Under the pieces are notes generated by a model. That model made no database searches. It saw nothing but the letters and a program-made list of their open reading frames with translations, and was not told the DNA's origin. Source: an uncultured Acidobacteriota bacterium (GTDB lineage Bacteria; Acidobacteriota; Thermoanaerobaculia; Multivoradales; SZUA-115). Taken from it: a DNA stretch of 64,000 nt. The position numbers were made by a program, and so were the translations under genes. The stretch lies in the NCBI GenBank assembly GCA_963805975.1, contig CAWDVR010000002.1, forward strand, positions 96,001-160,000, read 5' to 3'. Each line of letters starts with the position of its first letter. Within the stretch, counting starts at the first letter, position 1. Shown in pieces: positions 57,782-64,000 of this stretch.

Positions 57782-58062
57782 CCTGTTGCCCCCTGCGCAG
57801 GCTCGTCCGAAGGGAGGCCGACCGCGGATTTCGGATCGCGCAGCCTTGCGAGGCATCCTGTTTGTGCTGATGACGGGTACGCCTTGGGAGATGCTGCCCA
57901 CCGAGCTGGGCTGCGGTTCGGGAATGACCTGCTGGCGCCGGCTTCGCGATTGGCAGAAGGCTGGCGTCTGGGATCGTCTCCACCAAGTCCTCTTGGATCG
58001 GTTCGGCGAAGCCGACCGCATCGACTGGACGAGGGCGGTGGTGGATACCTCGACGGTGGCCT
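57782..58062 (+). pseudogene. IS5-family transposase fragment (DUF4096-type OrfA), truncated at both ends
   Basis: LLPP..RPKGGRPRISDRAALRGILFVLMTGTPWEMLP.ELGCGSGMTCWRRLRDWQKAGVW...IDW..AVVD. Confidence 0.85.
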
Positions 58063-58359
58063 CGCGGACGGCGGTTTTTTTCCCACCCGACTTCGCTTCT
58101 GCCGGACGGGCGAGCCTCTCGCCCGTTGCCAGGGTACAGTGGCCCTGGATTTTCTCGCCGCTCCACAAGGGGGTTAGGGTCTCCGCACGACACAGTCGGG
58201 ATCGCGTGCGAAGGGCGCGCGTGTACCCCGCCGCCTCGTTGGAAGCCCTCCAGGGCATCCAAACCTGAGCGCCCGATAGAGGCTTCCTGAAACGCATGCT
58301 CAGCGCATGCCGGAGCGAGAGGAAGGTCCCAGGCTAGCCAGCACCCCCTTGTAACCTGC

Positions 58360-59721
58360 TCATTTCAAGAGACTTACAGGGTGACTCTGACGGCTGCCAG
58401 AATGGAACCTGTGCCGGCCGTCCTTCGCCGCAGCCACCATCTCCTCGTACACCGCCAGCGTCTGGCGCGCCATCACCTCGTCGTTGAATTGGGCGTGCAC
58501 CACCTCGCGCCCGCGCCGGCCGAGATCGAGCCGGAGGGTGCGGTCGTCGAGCAGCGTGGCGAGGCCCGCGGCCAGAGCCTCCACGGACCCGGGCTCCACC
58601 AGCAGGCCGCCGCCGGTGGCTTCCACCATCTCCGGGAACGAGCCGTGGCGGGGCTGCACCACGGGCACGGCGTTGGCGAGGGCCTCGAGCACCGGCAAGC
58701 CCTTGGCTTCGCGGTAGACCGTGGGCACGGAAAGAATATCGAGCGCGCGCAGGAACCGGATCTTACCCGCGTGGTCCACTTCCCCGACGTATTCGAAGCG
58801 GTCGCCCAGGCCCGCCTGCCGCACGCGCTCGGCCAGGGCCTCGAAAAACGGCCGGTCCTTGTCGCTCATGTAGCCGGCGGCCCGCAGCCTGAGCCGCTCG
58901 CGGCCGGGTTCCCGGGCGAGCTGGAGAAAAGCCCCGACCAGCAGGTGGAAGCCCTTTTCCGGGCAGATGCGGGCCAGATAGCCGAGCGTCGAGCCGTCGC
59001 GCGCCTCGATGCCGAGGTCGCCGTCGCGGTGGCCGTCGAGGCGGAGGCCGAGCGGCACCACCCGCATGCGCTCCGGTGCAACGCCCAGCATCTCCCCCAT
59101 CTCCGCCGCGTAGTACCGGCTGGGGGCGAGGAAGAGGTCGGCGTCGCCTGCCCGCCGGGCGAGCGCGGCCACGGCGCGGGAGCGGTAGGGCTCGCCCAGG
59201 TCCTCGAGGAAGAGGTCCTCGCCCTGCACCGAGACCAGCACCGGCACGCCCGCCGCCCGGCGGATGCGCCGCACCATGCCGAGGAACATCGAGTTGGTGA
59301 TGTGCACCACGTCCGGGCGGTAGTCGCCGGCCAGCCACTCCACGAGCTTGTCGAGCTCCTTGGCCTGGTGGCCGTTCTCGCCTTCGAGCACCGAGAGCGT
59401 CAGCGCGGAGAGCTCGCGCGCGTTGGTCGTCGAGCTGAAACGCGACACCCAGGAGAGGAGCGCCGGGCGGTCGAGCAGGCGGTCCAGGAATCGGGGCGTG
59501 TGCCGGAAGAGGCCCAGCTTCTGCTGCAGGAAGACGTTGATCGCGCCGTAGAAGACGCGGTGGACCGAGACGTCCTGCTCGTCGGTGCGCAGCGGCGTGT
59601 AGGTGGGGATCAGCGCCACCTCGTGGCCCTGGCGCATCAGGGCTGCGGCCACCGTGTTGTCGTGGATGCAGCTCCCGCAGTACATGCCGGCGGCACCGGC
59701 GGCGACGTAGGCGATCCTCAT
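58360..59721 (-). CDS. Glycosyltransferase family 4 (GT-B)
   Basis: MRIAYVAAGAAG start (ATGA overlap); YLARICPEKG; EAKGLPVLEALA. Confidence 0.92.
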   Translation of the reverse strand: MRIAYVAAGAAGMYCGSCIHDNTVAAALMRQGHEVALIPTYTPLRTDEQDVSVHRVFYGAINVFLQQKLGLFRHTPRFLDRLLDRPALLSWVSRFSSTTNARELSALTLSVLEGENGHQAKELDKLVEWLAGDYRPDVVHITNSMFLGMVRRIRRAAGVPVLVSVQGEDLFLEDLGEPYRSRAVAALARRAGDADLFLAPSRYYAAEMGEMLGVAPERMRVVPLGLRLDGHRDGDLGIEARDGSTLGYLARICPEKGFHLLVGAFLQLAREPGRERLRLRAAGYMSDKDRPFFEALAERVRQAGLGDRFEYVGEVDHAGKIRFLRALDILSVPTVYREAKGLPVLEALANAVPVVQPRHGSFPEMVEATGGGLLVEPGSVEALAAGLATLLDDRTLRLDLGRRGREVVHAQFNDEVMARQTLAVYEEMVAAAKDGRHRFHSGSRQSHPVSLLK

Positions 59722-61205
59722 GCCGCGCTCCCGCCGAAGAACGGCCGCAGAGCTTCGGGCCGCGGCGGTCGGGTGGCGAGCGAGACCGCGACCAGGGCCA
59801 CCGCCGCTCCGAGCACCACCGCAGTCACCGGCAGCAGGCCGGAGCCCCACAGCGTGCCATCCGGGCCCAGGGGGTAAGCGGGAGCGTTCCAGCCGCGAGC
59901 GAGGAAGAAGACCCAGAGCAGCGCCGCCGTCGCCACCGAAGCGATGGCGCCCTGGCGGCTGGCCCGCCGCCAGTAGAGCGCTGCGACCACCAGCGGGAAG
60001 AGGCCGGCAAAGCCGGTGAAGCACCAGATCCCCATGCGGAAGATGCTGCGGTCCACCAGCTCGGAGAGCAGCCACGCGGCGGCGACCACCAGGGTGATGA
60101 AGACGCGGCCCACGGTGACCTGCCGGCGCTCGCTCATGCCCTGGCCCATGCTCGTCCTGCGGACCACGTCCTGGGTGAACATGTTGCCGAGCGCCAGCAC
60201 CTGCGAGTCGGTCGAGGCCATCACCGCAACGAACACGCCCGCGGTCAGCACCCCGGCCATGGCAGGCGGCGCGTGGAGGCCGATCATCTGCACCAGGACC
60301 GAGCTCGCCGCCGCCGGCGCCAGGTTGGGGAAGTCGAGCCGTGCCAGGAGGCCCAGGAGCACGCTCGGTAGCCAGACCGCGGCGACGCAGAACGGGTACG
60401 CCACCACGGCGAGGCGGAAGGTCTCCGCCCGCCGTGCCGTCAGCCAGTGCGCGAAGAGGTGCGGGAACATGGCCGCCGAGAGCGGGATCAACATGTAGGA
60501 GACAAGCTCCGCGAGCGGGATCTTGCCGCCCCAGGTGAGGAGCTCCGGGTGCGCGCGCCCGACCTCGCCCATCAACGCCTCGAAGCCGCCGCCGCGCCGG
60601 GCGATGACCCAGAACGTGGCGCCGCCCAGGGCCAGGAAGACCACGGTCTGGAACACGTTCACCCAGGCGGTGCCGCGCATGCCGCCGGTGAGCACGTAGG
60701 CCAGCACCACGACCGACATCAGCAGGCTCCCGGCCCAGGTGGGGAGCGAGCCGCCGCTCGCCTGGGCGAGCGTCAGCCCGGCGCCCTTGACCCCGATCAG
60801 GAGATACGGGACGAGCAGGGCGACCAGCACCACGAAGAGCAGCAACCCCAGGCCCGGCGAGTCCCAACGGGCACGGAAGTACTGGACCTGCGTCAAGTAG
60901 CCGTGGCGCTTGCCCAGCCGCCAGAGGGGCAGGCCGACGAAGAAGAACACCGCGGGCACCACCAGCGCCGAGGACGAGGCCATCAACGCGAAGACACCCA
61001 TGCCCCGCAGGTAGGACTCGCCCGAGGCGCCGAGGATCGAGAAGGCGGTCATGTGCGTGCCGACCAGCGACATCAGCAGCACGAAGGGCCCGAGGCCGCG
61101 CGACGCCGCGAAGTAGTCCTCGCCCGTGCCGCGCGCCAGGCGCTGCGAGAGGAGCCCGATCCCGACCAGCACGCCGAGATAGGCGAGGATCAGGCCGAGG
61201 ACCAT
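59718..61205 (-). CDS. Sodium:solute symporter family protein
   Basis: Many TMs; EDYFAASR, GGMRGTAWVN, VMASTDSQ. Confidence 0.92.
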   Translation of the reverse strand: MVLGLILAYLGVLVGIGLLSQRLARGTGEDYFAASRGLGPFVLLMSLVGTHMTAFSILGASGESYLRGMGVFALMASSSALVVPAVFFFVGLPLWRLGKRHGYLTQVQYFRARWDSPGLGLLLFVVLVALLVPYLLIGVKGAGLTLAQASGGSLPTWAGSLLMSVVVLAYVLTGGMRGTAWVNVFQTVVFLALGGATFWVIARRGGGFEALMGEVGRAHPELLTWGGKIPLAELVSYMLIPLSAAMFPHLFAHWLTARRAETFRLAVVAYPFCVAAVWLPSVLLGLLARLDFPNLAPAAASSVLVQMIGLHAPPAMAGVLTAGVFVAVMASTDSQVLALGNMFTQDVVRRTSMGQGMSERRQVTVGRVFITLVVAAAWLLSELVDRSIFRMGIWCFTGFAGLFPLVVAALYWRRASRQGAIASVATAALLWVFFLARGWNAPAYPLGPDGTLWGSGLLPVTAVVLGAAVALVAVSLATRPPRPEALRPFFGGSAA

Positions 61206-61426
61206 CAGCCGCCGTCCCCGGTGTCATCCCCGGCGCCGTCACGGGGCCAGGCGTAGCGCACCAGGAGCGCCATCGCGACCCCGCAGGCGATGCAGTAGCC
61301 GAGGTGATACGCCAGGCTCACCGGCAGCCCGAGCACCAGGCGGCCGTCCGCCGCCAGCCAGAGGTCGTGGTGCAGGAGGAAGAGAAGGGCGAGGCCTCCG
61401 CCGATCGCCGCGCGTGGTCTGGACAT
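61205..61426 (-). CDS. Small membrane protein accompanying the symporter (DUF3311-like)
   Basis: LHHDLW...LVLGLP..LAYH; two hydrophobic segments; coupled to the symporter. Confidence 0.78.
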   Translation of the reverse strand: MSRPRAAIGGGLALLFLLHHDLWLAADGRLVLGLPVSLAYHLGYCIACGVAMALLVRYAWPRDGAGDDTGDGG

Positions 61427-61461
61427 CGCAATGACGGAGCCGGTCGCCGCGGAGCCGGCCC

Positions 61462-62772
61462 CTAGCTCAGCTCCGCGGAAGCGGGCTCGCGGGCCTCGAA
61501 CGAGGAGGCTTCCAGCCGTGGCGCCACGGGAAGCTGGACGATCTGCTCGATCGCCTCGAAGATGGCCGTCGGCTGGTTGGGGAAGACGTTGCCGATCAGC
61601 AGGTCGATCAGCTCGCTGCGACACTCGGGAAACCGCTTCATGAAGGTCGAGAAGCGGAACTCCTTGTCGTAGAAGGCATAGACCAGCTTGCGCAAGGCAT
61701 CGACACCGTCGAAGAAGGACTCGCCCCAGCCGCCGAGCTGAGCGGCCGAGAGGTCGCCCTTGGCCAGCCCTTCGACGATGGCGTCCGCGGCCAGCTCGCC
61801 CGACTTGAAGGCGAAGAGCACCCCGGTCGAGTACATCGGGTCGATGAAGTTGACGGCGTCCCCCACCAGCACCCAGCCGTCGCCGGCCACGCGGCGCGAG
61901 CGGTAGGAGAAGTCCCGCCGCGCCTTCATCGGCTCCATCTGGCGGGCGCCCGCGAGCCGAGGCTGGAGAGACGGGCAGCGCGCCAGCTCCTCCTCGAACA
62001 CCTGCTGCGGGTCCGCCGCGCGGCCCTGGACCATGTGGTCGATCGGACCCACCACGCCCACGCTGACGACGTTGTCCGGCAGCGGGATGTACCAGAACCA
62101 GGCATCCTGGTCCACGGTGTGGATGATCAGCGTCGCGCCCTCGTCGAGCCCCGGGTCGCGGAACGCACCTTCGAAATGGGAGAAGTAGGCGACGTTCCTG
62201 AGGTTGGGCTCGACTTCGATCAGGCCGAAGCGGCTACCCAGGTGCGTGCTGTGCCCTGAGGCGTCGACCACCACGCGGGCCGAGAGCTCGGCGCTCTCGC
62301 CGTTCGGGGTTTGCACCCGCACGCCGCGCGCGCGATCGCCGTCGAAGAGCACCTCGGAGACCGAGAGGCCCCGGTGCACTTCCACCCCGAGCTCGGCGGC
62401 GTTGTCGAGCAGGAGCTGGTCGAACTCCCTCCGATTCACCTGCCAGGTCTGCGAGCTCTCGTGCGGGTCGTTCTCGAAGAAGTAGAAGGGGGACGAGGCA
62501 CGGCCGGACTTGCTGTAGAACTGCACGCTGTACTTCTTCGGAAAGTGGCTGGCCTTCATCTTCTCGAGCACGCCCAGCCGCTGGAGCGTCCAGTAGGTGG
62601 CGGGGATCAGCGACTCGCCGATCTTGAACTGGGGCTCCGCGGAGCGCTCGGCCAGGAGCACGCGGTGGCCCTTCTGGGCGACCAGCGCCGCCACGGTGGA
62701 GCCGGCAGGGCCGCCGCCGATGACGATAGCGTCGTAGGAAGTCTCTCGGGTGATCATTCTCGGCTTCTCCAT
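61462..62772 (-). CDS. FAD-dependent halogenase-family oxidoreductase
   Basis: GGGPAG, IGESL, WFWYIP (WxWxIP), GDA..FIDPMYSTG. Confidence 0.88.
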   Translation of the reverse strand: MEKPRMITRETSYDAIVIGGGPAGSTVAALVAQKGHRVLLAERSAEPQFKIGESLIPATYWTLQRLGVLEKMKASHFPKKYSVQFYSKSGRASSPFYFFENDPHESSQTWQVNRREFDQLLLDNAAELGVEVHRGLSVSEVLFDGDRARGVRVQTPNGESAELSARVVVDASGHSTHLGSRFGLIEVEPNLRNVAYFSHFEGAFRDPGLDEGATLIIHTVDQDAWFWYIPLPDNVVSVGVVGPIDHMVQGRAADPQQVFEEELARCPSLQPRLAGARQMEPMKARRDFSYRSRRVAGDGWVLVGDAVNFIDPMYSTGVLFAFKSGELAADAIVEGLAKGDLSAAQLGGWGESFFDGVDALRKLVYAFYDKEFRFSTFMKRFPECRSELIDLLIGNVFPNQPTAIFEAIEQIVQLPVAPRLEASSFEAREPASAELS

Positions 62773-62797
62773 CGGTCGGTCGGTCGAGGTCAGACGC

Positions 62798-64000
62798 TCA
62801 CAGCTTGTAGTCGACGCGCAGCGACACCGAGCGCGACTCGCCCGGGATCACCGAGCCGGAGCCGAAGGCCCGGGTCTCGTGCTCCTCGTCTGCCAGGTTC
62901 TTCAGGTTGACGGTCAGCCGCCAGTCGCCGAGCGTGTACCAGGCCGCGGCGTTGAACAGCACGTAGTCGTCGATCGACGCCGCGTTGTCCACGTCGATGA
63001 ACTGCGAGGAGAGGTAGCGGGCGCCGGCTCCCAACCCAAGGCCGCCCGTGAAGCGCTTCGACACCCACAGGTTGGCGAGGTGCTCGGGGGCGAAGGCCGC
63101 GGTGTTGCCGGAGCGGTCGAAGACCAGGAAGAAGGGCGGCACCGGCCCCAGCGAGACGAGCTGCGAGAACCGGGTCAGCTCGGAGTCGGTGTAGCCGTAG
63201 GCGAGCACGGCGTTCAGGCGGTTGCCGAGCTCCGCCGTCAGCTCCAGCTCGGCGCCGCGCGAGCGCTGGTCGCCGGCCTGCTGGGTGAAGCCGTTGGCGT
63301 CCGGGATGGCCATGTTCTCGCGCTCGATCTGGAACAGCGAGACCGTGCTGCGCAGCCGGCCCGCGAACAGCTCCTTGCGCATCCCAACCTCGAGCCCCTG
63401 GCTCTCCTCGGGCTGGCGCTCCCCTACCACCCGCGCCGAGGGCGGGGCGAAGGCGCGCGAAGCGTTGGCGTAGAGCGAGAAGCCCGGCAGCGGCGCGTAG
63501 ACCACGCCGAGGATCGGCGACGCCTCGCCGTCCGAGCGCGACGACCGCGTGGAGACGTCCTCGAACTCGATGGCGTCGTAGCGCACGCCGACCAGCACCT
63601 GCACCTGGTCCGAGAGCGTCATCTGGTCGAGCACGTAGGGCGCCACGATGGTCGTCTTGCTGTCGCCGGCCTGCGACTGGCCCGGAATCAGGAACAGCGG
63701 CTCGCGGGTGCTGTCGACCGGGTTCGCGAGGTCCACGAAATCGAGGTTCGCCACGTCGAGCGTGAACTGGTCGGTGTTGCGGGCCAGCTCCACCCCCGCC
63801 ACCACGCGGTGTCGGATGGCGCCGGTCTCGGCCGTCCCCACCACCTCGAGCTGGTTGCCGAGAAACTCCTGGCGGTCGTCGAGGAGAGTGAGGGCGCGGG
63901 CCACCAGGAAGCCGCCGAAGCCGTTCGGAAAGGCGCCCACCAGGAGCGTGCCGTTGGTCTCCCAGTCGAGGCCGCGGTAGTAAGTCTTGTTGCGCAGGGT
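62798..64000 (-). CDS. TonB-dependent receptor, 5' partial
   Basis: Frame open to the window edge; beta-barrel strands GVRYD, QRSRGAEL, NLKNLAD, terminal LRVDYKL. Confidence 0.9.
   Translation of the reverse strand, partial: TLRNKTYYRGLDWETNGTLLVGAFPNGFGGFLVARALTLLDDRQEFLGNQLEVVGTAETGAIRHRVVAGVELARNTDQFTLDVANLDFVDLANPVDSTREPLFLIPGQSQAGDSKTTIVAPYVLDQMTLSDQVQVLVGVRYDAIEFEDVSTRSSRSDGEASPILGVVYAPLPGFSLYANASRAFAPPSARVVGERQPEESQGLEVGMRKELFAGRLRSTVSLFQIERENMAIPDANGFTQQAGDQRSRGAELELTAELGNRLNAVLAYGYTDSELTRFSQLVSLGPVPPFFLVFDRSGNTAAFAPEHLANLWVSKRFTGGLGLGAGARYLSSQFIDVDNAASIDDYVLFNAAAWYTLGDWRLTVNLKNLADEEHETRAFGSGSVIPGESRSVSLRVDYKL

Noticed and set aside
515-57870. Many long antisense or alternate-frame ORFs (e.g. 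515-2581+, 37669-39792-, 40061-42268-, 56389-57870+)
   Set aside because: Shadows of real genes in high-GC DNA; no motifs, and Arg/Pro/Ala-biased composition
31533-61242. Long N-terminal extensions in the ORF track (31533, 33962, 42133, 53968, 61242)
   Set aside because: They overlap upstream genes; RBSs and stop/start overlaps support the later starts used here
1-64000. CRISPR-linked CHAT system, or a gasdermin next to the proteases
   Set aside because: No repeat-spacer array, cas or SAVED genes, and no ORF I can recognise as a gasdermin

Overview
High-GC window (gene families suggest Acidobacteriota/Thermoanaerobaculia; inference only). About 56 kb of it is an accessory signalling/conflict-type region. 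(1) 56-24493 holds six predicted exported caspase-clan proteases: five TPR-CHAT proteins, one of them fused to a second C14 caspase domain, plus an Ig-repeat C14 caspase. An ECF sigma / membrane anti-sigma pair sits among them. (2) A minus-strand operon (29840->15836) links PP2C, two FHA proteins, a Ser/Thr kinase and a lipoprotein to two CHATs and the caspase. (3) A divergent plus-strand operon (29947->49622) encodes three membrane vWA proteins, a tubulin/FtsZ-like GTPase, a degenerate tubulin-like membrane protein, a membrane-anchored inactive MrfA/DUF1998-type helicase, a helical protein, a TRAFAC GTPase and a GAP1-like partner. (4) A convergent operon (56092->49656) encodes a membrane protein, a second GTPase, a second GAP1-like protein and a vWA protein. 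All three operons are preceded by the same ECF-type motif, GGCAACAA-N13-GTGTCT, which suggests a single ~40 kb regulon. Four CHATs carry a Cys-flanked Arg-Gly loop, and a similar RG site occurs in the anti-sigma. The region ends in IS debris (56379-58290). Beyond it lie ordinary genes: glycosyltransferase, Na+:solute symporter, flavin halogenase-like enzyme and a partial TonB receptor. No rRNA, tRNA or CRISPR array was seen. All domain calls are by motif recognition, without database searches.
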